Counted from the first letter of the stretch, positions 51,826 to 61,514 are shown. The stretch: 64,000 nt of DNA from Verrucomicrobiota bacterium (GCA_045046875.1 JASFYY010000037.1:96509-160508), one strand, 5' to 3'. Notes: generated by a model not told the origin, from the letters alone. Program-made: numbers and translations.

Positions 51826-52680
51826 TCAGCGAACACCAGCCGGCGGCGATTCGCGATTCCCTTTCCCCTGCTCAATACGCTCCAACAAGCCTTTCACCTC
51901 GGGATCCGCCTCAATCATCGCTTTGCTCATCTCCTCCCGAATCCGATGAAACATCTGCACCCGCTTTTTACGCAACTCCTCGCCCTGCTTGAGCAAAACC
52001 TTCAGCTTTTCATTCACTTTCTGAAATTTGTCCGACTGCATCGCCTTTTCCCTGGCCGCCTGCAGACGTTTTCTCTCCTCCTCGGAAAAATCCCCGGGCA
52101 ACGCCCTGAAACCTGCCGGAGCCAGCCCACTTCCACCTCCCCCTACACCGCGATGATGCGACTTCGGCGGAGCAAAAGTTGACCCCATTTCCTCCCGTTC
52201 CCCCTTAAGCTTGCCAGGACGCCCCCCGCGTCCATCAGCTTTCGCCCCCGGCGGACGCCCCGGTCCGATATCCCCTTTCCCTTTGCTCTTACTGCGGCCA
52301 TGCATTCTAGCCACCAGCGATGCCACTCGTGGATCCTCTTTTTTCACCGCATTATTAATCGCCTGCCGAAAAGCATCCGTCGCCCGCTGCACCTCATCCC
52401 TGGCCTGCATCACCTCCGGATTTTCCCACACCGCCTGCAACGCCTTTCTCATCGCCTCCCGATCTTCCACCGACAAATCCGCCAAAGGTGGTCGCCCCGC
52501 ATGATCCTTTTTCCTCCCAGGCATCTCAACACGCCCCGATCCCTCCCCTTTAGCCTCATCTTCCCGCCCCGCCGTCACCGGCTCGGCCAAAACCACCCCC
52601 GCCAAGGGTAAAAAACCACCTAGGCAAACCGCCACCACCAAACCCTTATTTATGAATTCCTTCTTCATCTTTATTATCAT
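51826..52680 (-). CDS. Hypothetical exported alpha-helical protein
   Basis: Signal peptide; two related charged helical segments (…AVKKEDPRV / AMIEADPEV) separated by a G/P/R-rich linker. Confidence 0.7.
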   Translation of the reverse strand: MIIKMKKEFINKGLVVAVCLGGFLPLAGVVLAEPVTAGREDEAKGEGSGRVEMPGRKKDHAGRPPLADLSVEDREAMRKALQAVWENPEVMQARDEVQRATDAFRQAINNAVKKEDPRVASLVARMHGRSKSKGKGDIGPGRPPGAKADGRGGRPGKLKGEREEMGSTFAPPKSHHRGVGGGGSGLAPAGFRALPGDFSEEERKRLQAAREKAMQSDKFQKVNEKLKVLLKQGEELRKKRVQMFHRIREEMSKAMIEADPEVKGLLERIEQGKGNRESPPAGVR

Positions 52681-52975
52681 CCACGTTCTCTAACCGTATT
52701 CCCAGCAGCACCCATCCCTTCCACCACCCAGAATATAATCAATCAAAACCCAGCGCAGCAAAAAAGTTGCATTCCTCTCAAAAAAAACTCCAAGCCAAGC
52801 TCAAATCCCCCTCCGCAGCCCCCCATCCACACAACAACAAAATTGTATGAGGCCTGACCCTTTCCGTTGTTTTGCCTCAACCCCACTTTTCTTCTCAAAA
52901 AATGTAACCTTCTTTCCGTCCCCTTCGTCATCCATTAACGAGCCCGCTTTCCTGCCCTGCTCGTATCCATTCACC

Positions 52976-54682
52976 ATGACTTCTCCAGATTCTCCACCGC
53001 CAGCCCACCCGCAGCTTCCGCATCCCACCTCCAGCGCCCGCATCAGAGCCATCAACCTCTTCATCGTCGGCTTGCTCACCTTCAGCCTATCCTGGTTGAT
53101 CTGGGATCGCACCAACATCAGCCCGTCTTCCCCCAGCTCTGATCCCACTCCATCTACCAAAAAAACGCCTACCTCCCCCGCCTTCCAAACATCCGTAGAT
53201 AAAATCGACCAGGCTTTTGAAAAAAGCTGGCGACAGGCAAAAATCCCCCCCGTTGCGACCGCCTCACCGCTCACCATCGCCCGACGCCTCTCCCTCGCCC
53301 TGACCGGAACCATTCCCTCACTCGAAGAAATCCGCACCCTTGAGCAGCAGCCCGTAGCAGATCAAGTGCAAATTCATCTGTCAAAAATCTTCCAGGATCA
53401 ACGCTGGTCGGACTACGTCTCCGAACGATTTGCCCGCTCATACGTGGGAACCATAGAAGGCCCCTTCCTCGTTTATCGTCGCCGCCGGATGGTTGACTGG
53501 CTCAGTGAGCAGCTATTCGCCAACCGTCACTACGACCAACTGGTGCGGCAACTGATCACCGCAAAAGGCATCTGGACCAGTAAACCCGAAGTCAATTTTG
53601 TCACCGTGACGATTGATCCCAACAACGATGAAAAAGGCCCCAGCGAAGCCAAACTGGCCGCCCGGGTATCACGCGCTTTTTTAGGCATCCGCATCGACTG
53701 CATGGAATGCCACAACGACAAATTCGGCGATCGCTGGAAACAAAGGGACTTCCACCAGCTTGCCGCGTTTTTTGGCGAAGCCGAAATGTCCCTGACCGGC
53801 GTCCGTGACAACCATGACAACACCTACCAATACCGCTTCCGCGGGAAAAAAGAAGCCCAGCCAGTAGATGCCGTTGCCCCCTTCAGTCCCGACCTGATGC
53901 CTGCATCAGGATCACCTCGCCATCGACTCGCCCAGTGGGTCACCCACAAAAAAAACCGCCCCTTTGCCCGCAGCACCGTTAACCGCATCTGGGCCATCCT
54001 GTTCAACAAACCCCTGGTCGAACCCATCGACAACATTCCCCTCGACGGCCCCTGGCCGGAAGCGATGGAGATCCTGACCGATGAACTCATCTCCCACGAT
54101 TTCGACCTGCAACAACTGATCCGCGTCATCACCGCCAGCAAAGCCTTTCAACTCGACTCCCGCTCCAGCGACCCCAACCACCCCATAAGCAAAAAACATG
54201 AAGAACATTGGGCCGCCTTTCCACTCACCCGCATGCGCCCGGAACAAGTAGCACGCTCGGTCATCCAAGCCGCATCCCTCACCACCATCGACGCTCACTC
54301 CCATGTCATCCAACGCCTGATGCGTTTCATCCAACAGTCCAATTTTGTCAAACGCTACGGAGATCCCGGCGAAGATGAGTTTGCCGAGTTGGGCGGCACC
54401 ATCCCCCAACGCCTACTACTGATGAATGGCGAACTGGTTCGTAAACGCACCGGAGAAAACCCCTTCTTGAACGCCAGCACCCGAATTGGCATACTCACCG
54501 CCGACAACCAGAAAGCTGTCGAAATATCCTACCTCTCCATCTTCACCCGCCTTCCAGAAAAAAACGAAAAATCTTACTTCACCGAACTTCTCGCTACCCT
54601 GAAAAACAAAAACCGCTCCCAAGCCATGGAAGATCTATTCTGGGTCCTCATCAATTCCACCGAATTCTCATGGAACCACTAA
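52976..54682 (+). CDS. DUF1549/DUF1553 (PSCyt2/PSD1) domain protein
   Basis: RRLSLALTGTIP, FLGIRIDCMECH, VNRIW, DLFWVLINSTEF; start set at MTSPD. Confidence 0.88.
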   Translation: MTSPDSPPPAHPQLPHPTSSARIRAINLFIVGLLTFSLSWLIWDRTNISPSSPSSDPTPSTKKTPTSPAFQTSVDKIDQAFEKSWRQAKIPPVATASPLTIARRLSLALTGTIPSLEEIRTLEQQPVADQVQIHLSKIFQDQRWSDYVSERFARSYVGTIEGPFLVYRRRRMVDWLSEQLFANRHYDQLVRQLITAKGIWTSKPEVNFVTVTIDPNNDEKGPSEAKLAARVSRAFLGIRIDCMECHNDKFGDRWKQRDFHQLAAFFGEAEMSLTGVRDNHDNTYQYRFRGKKEAQPVDAVAPFSPDLMPASGSPRHRLAQWVTHKKNRPFARSTVNRIWAILFNKPLVEPIDNIPLDGPWPEAMEILTDELISHDFDLQQLIRVITASKAFQLDSRSSDPNHPISKKHEEHWAAFPLTRMRPEQVARSVIQAASLTTIDAHSHVIQRLMRFIQQSNFVKRYGDPGEDEFAELGGTIPQRLLLMNGELVRKRTGENPFLNASTRIGILTADNQKAVEISYLSIFTRLPEKNEKSYFTELLATLKNKNRSQAMEDLFWVLINSTEFSWNH

Positions 54683-54728
54683 TAACGGCCGCGACCCTAA
54701 GTAACTCCCCAGCTAACTTTACAGCACC

Positions 54729-55997
54729 ATGAATAGAAGAAACTTCCTCAACAGCTCCGCCACAGGACTAGCCGCCTTTTCCTGGATGACCCCTATGGCA
54801 GACTTACTCGCGGCCAACACACAAAACCCTCGAAACAAAAAACAAGGCGCCCGGCCAAAATCAGTCATCCTGCTCTGGCTCGCTGGTGGCCCCAGCCAAC
54901 TGGAAACCTTCGACCCCCACCCCGATTCCGCTACCTCCTTCGGCAGTCAAGCCATCTCCACCACGGTCAAAGGCCTGCAACTCGGCGCAGGATTGGAACA
55001 AACGGCCGAAGTCATGCAGGACGTCACCCTACTGCGCTCCGTCATCAGTAAAGAAGGTGATCATGAACGGGCTTCTTACAACATCAAAACCGGCTACAGA
55101 CCTAACCCGACCGTTATCCACCCATCCATAGGCGCGATCCTCTGCCACCAACTCCCCCAGCCTAAAATGGAGATCCCCACCCATATCTCTATCCTGCCCA
55201 ATCAATGGCCCGCCCGTGGCGGTTACATGGGAGCCAAGTTTGACGCCTTTCAAATGGGAGACCCCCGACAAGCCGTGCCCGACGTGAACTCCTACGCCAA
55301 CGAACAACGCCAGACTCAGCGCAAAAAAGGACTCTCCATCGTCGAGAGCACCTTCCTCAAAGGACGCATGGCTCAACTCGATTCACAAAAAACCTTTCAC
55401 CGCCAAAGCATGGCCAACGCCCGCCGCCTAATGGCCTCCGATCAGCTCAAAGCCTTTGACGTCAGCGAAGCGCCCAAAGAAGAACGCCTCGCATACGGTG
55501 ACACCCGCTTCGGACGTGCTTGTTTTGCCGCCGTCCGTCTGGTCGAGGCAGGCGTGCGCTGCATCGAAGTCACCCTCACCGGATGGGATACCCATGTTAA
55601 TAACCACGAAAACCAGGGCAAACGAATCAAAACCCTAGACCCCGCATTCGCCGCCCTGATCAAAGACCTCAAACGCCGGGAATTACTCGATGATACCATC
55701 GTCTTATGCGGTGGGGAATTCGGACGCACCCCCCAGCTCAACGGCGTAGAAGGCCGTGATCACTGGCCAAAAGGATTCAGCATGGCCATCGCCGGCGGTG
55801 GTTTTTCCGGTGGTCGCACTATCGGAGCCACCGACCCTAGCGGAGAAAAAGAAAGCCCCGTCAATCCCGTCCGCGTGCAAGACATCCACGCCACCATCCA
55901 GCACAAAATGGGCCTCGACTTCGAACAAGAACTGATCACCCCCGTCGGCCGCCCCATCGCCCTCAGCGAAGGCAATCTCATTCAAGAACTGTTATAG
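54729..55997 (+). CDS. DUF1501 family protein, Tat-exported
   Basis: MNRRNFL; LWLAGGPSQLETFDP, GWDTH, GEFGRTP, GRDHW. Confidence 0.92.
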   Translation: MNRRNFLNSSATGLAAFSWMTPMADLLAANTQNPRNKKQGARPKSVILLWLAGGPSQLETFDPHPDSATSFGSQAISTTVKGLQLGAGLEQTAEVMQDVTLLRSVISKEGDHERASYNIKTGYRPNPTVIHPSIGAILCHQLPQPKMEIPTHISILPNQWPARGGYMGAKFDAFQMGDPRQAVPDVNSYANEQRQTQRKKGLSIVESTFLKGRMAQLDSQKTFHRQSMANARRLMASDQLKAFDVSEAPKEERLAYGDTRFGRACFAAVRLVEAGVRCIEVTLTGWDTHVNNHENQGKRIKTLDPAFAALIKDLKRRELLDDTIVLCGGEFGRTPQLNGVEGRDHWPKGFSMAIAGGGFSGGRTIGATDPSGEKESPVNPVRVQDIHATIQHKMGLDFEQELITPVGRPIALSEGNLIQELL

Positions 55998-56059
55998 ATA
56001 GGCTCTAGCTATTTTTTTCATGAACTCTAAGCTTACAAAAAGAATCCAAGCTTACAGTC

Positions 56060-57070
56060 ATGACCTTATCCAAACTCTTCAGCCCAGTCACCGCACTTAT
56101 CGCCATCAGCCCCCTCTTGCTACTGCCTCACGCCGCCCGTAGCCAGGCCGTAGACAAAAACGGCATCGAAAGAAGCCCTGAGGAAATCAAAAAAGCCATC
56201 AGCGTCGTCGAGCAAAGACTCGAACGCCAACAAAGCCGCGTCTCCGACCTTCGCGCTGAACTGATCCGCCTCGACGGTCGTATCGAAAAAGAAGTCGACC
56301 AAATCGTCAAAGCACTTGAAAAAGTCGGCGACTCCAAAGACTCCCGCACCCGTGTCGCACAAACCAAAGGCGAAGTCATCGAAGGCCTGAAAAAAAGCAT
56401 CGGCATCTATCAACAAAAACGCTCCCAGATTCGGGCGCATCTAGTCAAACTCCGCTCCGGAATGGAAAAATCCGAACTCGAAGGCGATATGAAAAAATTT
56501 GATCAAATGTCGGAAAAACGCATCGAGCAAATCATGGAACTTTCCAAAACCCTGACCACCCACAAAGATTACAAAAAATACAACACCTACGTCTCCTCAA
56601 GCAATGACTGGGGGTGGGGATGGGGAACCGTTCAAGAAAAAAACGAAGACTACACCCAAAACAAACGAGTCACTAACATCACCGACAAAGAACGCAAAGA
56701 GGTGGTCGCGGCTTTACAAAAAAGCATCGCTGATCTAGGCACCCAGAACCGGGCTTTGAAAGCGCGTCTTGACTCCTCCAACTTCGCCAACCAGAAAGAT
56801 CTGATCCAGGAAGACATCGAGAGAAACCAACAAGTCATAGGCCGGCGCGAAGCCCAGCTCGAAAACATGTTAACTGCTCCCGCTCCCACCACCACCGCCA
56901 TCAGTCGCAGCGCCGCCCATCAAATGCAGCTCATGATCCGCGACATCGCCGACGACCTGAAACGTGACTTCGACACCCTCTTCCGCCGCTATTCCGAATT
57001 TGTAAAAGAACGTGCCCAAAGCAACGCCTTGATAGAACAGCTGGCCGATTTGAAAAAAATGCTCAACTAA
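56060..57070 (+). CDS. Secreted coiled-coil protein (paralog A)
   Basis: Signal peptide, heptad-rich; shares motifs with 57114-58100. Confidence 0.8.
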   Translation: MTLSKLFSPVTALIAISPLLLLPHAARSQAVDKNGIERSPEEIKKAISVVEQRLERQQSRVSDLRAELIRLDGRIEKEVDQIVKALEKVGDSKDSRTRVAQTKGEVIEGLKKSIGIYQQKRSQIRAHLVKLRSGMEKSELEGDMKKFDQMSEKRIEQIMELSKTLTTHKDYKKYNTYVSSSNDWGWGWGTVQEKNEDYTQNKRVTNITDKERKEVVAALQKSIADLGTQNRALKARLDSSNFANQKDLIQEDIERNQQVIGRREAQLENMLTAPAPTTTAISRSAAHQMQLMIRDIADDLKRDFDTLFRRYSEFVKERAQSNALIEQLADLKKMLN

Positions 57071-57113
57071 ACGGACTGCCCCCACCGCACCCCACACCTC
57101 ACTCTGGCAAAAA

Positions 57114-58100
57114 ATGAAACTACCTACCTTACTGATCACCGTAGTCGCCGGCTTCAGCCTGAACACGGCCACCTCACTAGGTCAGGACAGCAGCAAACCC
57201 GACCCAGCAACGGTCAAAGAAGCCATCGACATCGTCAAAACCCGACTCGAACGCCAAATGCGACGAGTCTCCGATCTGAGCGCAGAGATCATCCGCCTCG
57301 ATACCCGCATCGAACGGGAAATCGCCTACATCGTAAGTGATCTCAGCCAGGTAGGAGACTCCCGTGACTCCCGCACCGAAGTCGCCAAGCTCAAAGAAAA
57401 AGTTACCGCAGGTCTCAAACGCAGCATCGAAAAATACCAGCGGATGCGCGCGCAAGTGAACCTCGAATTGCAAAACACCCAAGCCGGTCAAACCCGGCAG
57501 GACTTAAAACAAGACCTCAAGCAGTTTGATACGCGCATTGCCAATCGGGTAGATCAAATCGTCAGCATCAGTCAATCCCTCACCACCCAAAAAGACTTCC
57601 AGGCCTACAACGACTACTTGAGGGATACCCGCTACGACCGCACCCACCACAGCGAAATCAATCGCCTGAAAAGCATGGAAAAAACCCAGAACAAACGAGT
57701 CACCCAAGTCACCGACAAACAACGCAAGGACACCATCGATGCGCTCAAACGTAGCATCGCCAGCCTGGAAAACCAAAATAAAGCGCTCGCCTCCCAACTG
57801 AATTCCATCCAATACGCTAAGCAGTCAGACATCATTCAGGAAGATATCGACCGCAACCGCCAAGCCATCATGAACCGGGACGCACAAATCAGCACGCTGC
57901 AAACTTATCAACAGAGCTTCACCATCGAGATCAGCCGGCGAGCTGCCAAAGAAAAAGAAAACCTCATCCGCGACGCCGCCACCTCCCTGAAGCGCGACGT
58001 CGACACTCTCTTCCGCTACTACACCGAGTTCCAAAAAGAGCGCAAACAACAAAACGGCCTGATGCAACAATCACAAGCCCTGCAAGCCCTACTCCCGTAA
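57114..58100 (+). CDS. Secreted coiled-coil protein (paralog B)
   Basis: Shared with paralog A: RLERQ.RVSDL, VGDS.DSRT, TQNKRVT, IQEDI.RN, LKRD.DTLFR. Confidence 0.8.
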   Translation: MKLPTLLITVVAGFSLNTATSLGQDSSKPDPATVKEAIDIVKTRLERQMRRVSDLSAEIIRLDTRIEREIAYIVSDLSQVGDSRDSRTEVAKLKEKVTAGLKRSIEKYQRMRAQVNLELQNTQAGQTRQDLKQDLKQFDTRIANRVDQIVSISQSLTTQKDFQAYNDYLRDTRYDRTHHSEINRLKSMEKTQNKRVTQVTDKQRKDTIDALKRSIASLENQNKALASQLNSIQYAKQSDIIQEDIDRNRQAIMNRDAQISTLQTYQQSFTIEISRRAAKEKENLIRDAATSLKRDVDTLFRYYTEFQKERKQQNGLMQQSQALQALLP

Positions 58101-58139
58101 AAACAAATCCCCAAATTTGCTATTACCATCCCACCACAA

Positions 58140-58445
58140 CGTGGCACGGATCGCTAGCCGAGCTGTAGCCTTCAAGTCGAAGGCAGTGCAATTTGCCGTG
58201 GCGCGGATTGGTAATTTGCCTTCGGGTAGTTTCCTTTGGACGCTACGCTCAACCCTGCTGGTTGCCTGTCTTGCTTCGCTGCGGCTGGCTCTCTCCTTTC
58301 AGTCGAGTGCGGATCCCCAACCCCACGCAAATACCATTACGTCCCACACCTCCTCCTCCCCATCGTGGCGCGGATTGGCAATCCGGCGGATCCCCCAAAC
58401 CACCCCAAACCCCACGCAATACCATTACGTCCCACACCGCCCCTC
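58140..58445 (+). repeat. Composite repeat R1 (core 58213-58317, plus an 'empty' REP copy at about 58364-58395)
   Basis: Core AATTTGCCTTCGGG…CTCCTTTCAGTCGAGTGCGGATCC is near-identical in R2-R4. Confidence 0.92.
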
Positions 58446-58477
58446 ACCTCCCCACTTCATTCTTCAGAATTCCTTGT

Positions 58478-59326
58478 TCAATTATTGCCTTCGAGTCGTA
58501 TTCTCCGACTGTCTCGCAGACTCAGCTCAACATTCCCCACCTCAACCCGATATTTCACCCCTGACCTGTGTTTTTGCTGCGCATTGTCCAAAAGTAGACG
58601 CACCCGCGTCGTTCCACTCGACGAATCTGTCACCGGACTGACAAAAGCGACTTCAGCGCTGCCCGCCTCGTCCCCCACCATCGCTCTCACCGCCACCTTC
58701 TGCCCCACTTTCAGACTTCCTACCATCTCCGCATCCACATAAATCACCAGGATCAACTGATCCAGACGCACCACCGTCATCACCAGATCCGATCCTCCGC
58801 CGACCGCCTCCGCTTCATCACGAAAAGTGCGCTCCACCACCCCATTGATCGGACTGATCAAAGTCCGCCGCTCAATCTGCACCTGGATCTGACCCACCTT
58901 CAAGCCATTCTCCTCCGCCTGCACCTCCGCCTCCATCAGGTCGGCTTCAGTGATCTCCACCTCCGCCTTGGCCCGGAACAACTCATCCGCATTCACCCCG
59001 CCTCCCTCTGAAATGCGTTCCAGTTCCGCCAAACGACGACGCTTGGTGCTCAACCTCGCCCGCGCCGCCTTTTGCTCCGCATCGCTTTTCGCCCGCAGTT
59101 GAGCGATTTTCAGCGAAACCTCCAAAATACGATTATCGAGCTTGGCCAACACCTGCCCTTTTTTTACCGTCTCCCCCTCCTTCACCGCCAGTTCCGCGAT
59201 CACCCCCGCCTCGGGGAAAGTCAAATCCACCTTCTCAACCGGCTCAGTCACCCCGATCACCTCACCACCTACCAAGCTCAACCCGGTCAACCAAAGCACC
59301 CCACAACTAACAATAAAAAACTTCAT
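58478..59326 (-). CDS. RND/ABC efflux periplasmic adaptor (membrane fusion protein), standalone
   Basis: GVIAELAVKEGETVKKGQVLAKLD, ISPINGVV, VSPVTDSSSGT; start set at MKFFIV. Confidence 0.88.
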   Translation of the reverse strand: MKFFIVSCGVLWLTGLSLVGGEVIGVTEPVEKVDLTFPEAGVIAELAVKEGETVKKGQVLAKLDNRILEVSLKIAQLRAKSDAEQKAARARLSTKRRRLAELERISEGGGVNADELFRAKAEVEITEADLMEAEVQAEENGLKVGQIQVQIERRTLISPINGVVERTFRDEAEAVGGGSDLVMTVVRLDQLILVIYVDAEMVGSLKVGQKVAVRAMVGDEAGSAEVAFVSPVTDSSSGTTRVRLLLDNAQQKHRSGVKYRVEVGNVELSLRDSRRIRLEGNN

Positions 59327-59399
59327 ATTCCTAAAAACAATTATCCCCCCCACTGTCCCAAACTGCAATAGGAAAAGCTCTCCCTACCCGCACAATACC

Positions 59400-59765
59400 A
59401 TTTACTTGTCCTCCACAGCCTGTCAGGCGATGGAGGATCCCACACTCAGCCCCTCCCCATCGTGGCATGGATGGCTTGTCCTCCATAGCCCCTAGGGCGA
59501 AGGCGGGGCAATTTGCCTTCGGGTAGCTTCCTTTGGACGCTACGCTCAACCCTGCAGGTTGCCTGCCTTGCTTCGCTGCGGCTGGCTCTCTCCTTTCAGT
59601 CGAGTGCGGATCCCCCAAAACCACCCCAAGACCCGCGCAATGCCATTACGCCCCACATCCACCAAAGCCCACCAGGCGACGGAGAATCATCCATCCCCCC
59701 CTCAAATCCCTTCCCATTCGTGTTGATTCGTGTCCATTGGTGGTTCCCCATCTCAAATCCCCCCC
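59400..59765 (+). repeat. Composite repeat R2 (core 59510-59614)
   Basis: About 250 bp shared with R3; 3' part shared with R4. Confidence 0.92.
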
Positions 59766-59769
59766 TCAT

Positions 59770-59807
59770 TTGACTCCACCTTCACCATGTATTACAATGT
59801 TTTACAT
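59770..59807 (+). promoter_or_regulatory. sigma70 promoter with overlapping palindromic operator for the AbrB-Doc TA; leaderless mRNA likely
   Basis: TTGACT(59770)-17 bp-TACAAT(59793); TGTATTACA and TGTTTTACA palindromes; ATG at 59806 with no RBS. Confidence 0.7.
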
Positions 59808-60036
59808 GACGAAGACTGTTACTAAAATTGGCAATTCCAAAGGCATTATTCTTGATTCAGCCTTGTTAGAGCTTGTCCATTGGAAGGAAGGCGACCAGTT
59901 GTCAGTAACGATGCACGACGGAGGCAGCATCACTTTTACTCCGCTAAAAGCATCTATAAAACCCGAGCAAGCCGCCGCATTGACGGATTCGATTATATCG
60001 AGCAATGATGAATTGTTCAGCAGACTTGCAAAATAA
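59806..60036 (+). CDS. AbrB/MazE-type antitoxin
   Basis: VTKIGNSKGIILD…WKEGDQL swapped-hairpin motif; TAATG overlap with toxin. Confidence 0.9.
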   Translation: MTKTVTKIGNSKGIILDSALLELVHWKEGDQLSVTMHDGGSITFTPLKASIKPEQAAALTDSIISSNDELFSRLAK

Positions 60037-60437
60037 TGCCTGCCCCCAAACACTTGAGTGTCGCTGCAGTCAAACAGATCCACTCAAGAGTGATCCATGC
60101 CCATGGCGGTGATGATGGATTGAGAGACGAAGGCCTACTGGAAAGTGCAATCGCCGCTCCACAGGCTACTTTTGCAGGTGAGGACATCATGGCCGACCAC
60201 ATTGAAATAGCGGCAGCCTACCTTTTCTACTTATGCAACAACCATCCTTTTGTTGATGGAAACAAACGCACCGCACTCGCTGCCTGCCTTGTTTTTCTCG
60301 TTTCCAATGAAGTTTTATCAGAGCAAACCGTATCTGCCTTGGATATTGATACCTGGGAAAGGCTAATCCTCAATGTTGCTTGCTCCAAAATTGACCGTGG
60401 GGAAACGACTAAAAAACTTCGTGACCTGCTAAAATAA
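60036..60437 (+). CDS. doc: Death-on-curing (Doc) family toxin
   Basis: GLRDEGLLESA; HPFVDGNKRTA Doc-type Fic motif. Confidence 0.92.
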   Translation: MPAPKHLSVAAVKQIHSRVIHAHGGDDGLRDEGLLESAIAAPQATFAGEDIMADHIEIAAAYLFYLCNNHPFVDGNKRTALAACLVFLVSNEVLSEQTVSALDIDTWERLILNVACSKIDRGETTKKLRDLLK

Positions 60438-60454
60438 ATCTGCCCCCCTCCCCC

Positions 60455-60735
60455 ACGCAATACCAAATACCATTAGCTTGCCCGCCAAAGTCTGTCAGGC
60501 GACGGAGGATTCCACATCACCCCCCTCCCCATCGTGGCATGGATTGCTTGCCGCGCCATAGCCCCTAGGGCGAAAAGGGGGGCAATTTGCCTTCGGGTAG
60601 TTGTCCTTTGGACGCTACGCTCAACCCTGCAGGTTGCCTGTCTTGCTTCGCTGCGGCTGGCTCTCTCCTTTCAGTCGAGTGTGGATCCCCCCAAACCACC
60701 CCAAGACCCGCGCAATGCCATTACGCCCCACGCCC
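60455..60735 (+). repeat. Composite repeat R3 (core 60584-60689)
   Basis: Direct repeat of R2. Confidence 0.92.
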
Positions 60736-60739
60736 CCGA

Positions 60740-60767
60740 TTGACAAAAACGCCACCTGTGGTAAATT
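60740..60767 (+). promoter_or_regulatory. sigma70 promoter for the RHH-VapC TA; leaderless mRNA likely
   Basis: TTGACA(60740)-16 bp-TAAATT(60762) with extended TGn; ATG at 60773. Confidence 0.62.
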
Positions 60768-60772
60768 ACCCC

Positions 60773-61024
60773 ATGATAAAAGCGCACGTGCAAATACCCG
60801 ACGAACTTTACCGCGCCGCAAAAAAAGTAGCCGCAAGTAAAGAGTGGTCCTTTGCTGAAATAACAAGAAGAGGTCTGGAGTATATGACGAGCGTCAATCA
60901 AGTGCCCGCTACTCAGAGTGATTGGGCGTTGCCACTGGTAAAAGTAAAAGGGGGTAGACCCGTCAGTGAAAAAGCGCTCGAAGAAGCAAAAAACGCAGAG
61001 CGGGATGCCTCATTCCTGATTTGA
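60773..61024 (+). CDS. Ribbon-helix-helix antitoxin (VapB-like)
   Basis: AHVQIPDELYRAAK…SFAEITRRGLE RHH pattern, upstream of a PIN toxin. Confidence 0.82.
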   Translation: MIKAHVQIPDELYRAAKKVAASKEWSFAEITRRGLEYMTSVNQVPATQSDWALPLVKVKGGRPVSEKALEEAKNAERDASFLI

Positions 61025-61046
61025 GAAGCTCCAACAAACAACACCG

Positions 61047-61487
61047 ATGCTGAGCATTGATACCAATATCCTTTTCTATGCCATGGTTGAAAACAGCCAA
61101 TTTCACGAAAGTGCGCGGTATTTTTTGAATCAACATGCCAGAGACACTGAAATGGCGATGTCCGAACTCGTATTGGTAGAATTATACAATCTGCTACGCA
61201 ATGACAAACTGACCGGCAGAAAAACAAGCGCCAGCGAAGCCGCGCAGTGGATACAGCAGATACGCTCGAACCGCGCATGGAGCTTAATCGAAAATGCCCC
61301 CATCATGGAAGAAGTCTGGAACATAGCAGCTCAAGCCCCCTTTGCCCGTCGCCGCATTTTCGACGTCCGCCTCGCTCTGACCCTCCACCATCATGGAGTC
61401 ACCCATTTTGCCACTGCCAATACCAAGGATTTTCAAGGCTGCGGATTCGAAAAAGTTTGGAACCCGTTGAAAAACAAAAATCCCTAA
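61047..61487 (+). CDS. vapC: VapC PIN-domain ribonuclease toxin
   Basis: IDTNIL, E in LVEL, FDVRLA, TANTKDF: conserved acidic PIN residues. Confidence 0.92.
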   Translation: MLSIDTNILFYAMVENSQFHESARYFLNQHARDTEMAMSELVLVELYNLLRNDKLTGRKTSASEAAQWIQQIRSNRAWSLIENAPIMEEVWNIAAQAPFARRRIFDVRLALTLHHHGVTHFATANTKDFQGCGFEKVWNPLKNKNP

Positions 61488-61514
61488 TCCCCAGGAAAAC
61501 TCAAATGGGCAGGA

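Noticed and set aside
52743..53337. Minus-strand ORFs overlapping the DUF1553 gene start
   Set aside because: Antisense to a well-supported gene and low-complexity translation
58117..58742. ORFs translated from the repeats (…LPSGSFLWTLRSTL…, MDATLNPAGC…) and equivalents at 59331-59773, 60534-60901 and 61501-61863
   Set aside because: They recur only because the DNA repeat recurs; indels between copies shift frames and no RBS is present
59533..61024. Repeat-encoded N-terminal extensions in frame with both antitoxins (59533 and 60587 starts)
   Set aside because: A curious coincidence, but both use TTG starts without an RBS, and good promoters sit immediately before the internal ATGs at 59806 and 60773
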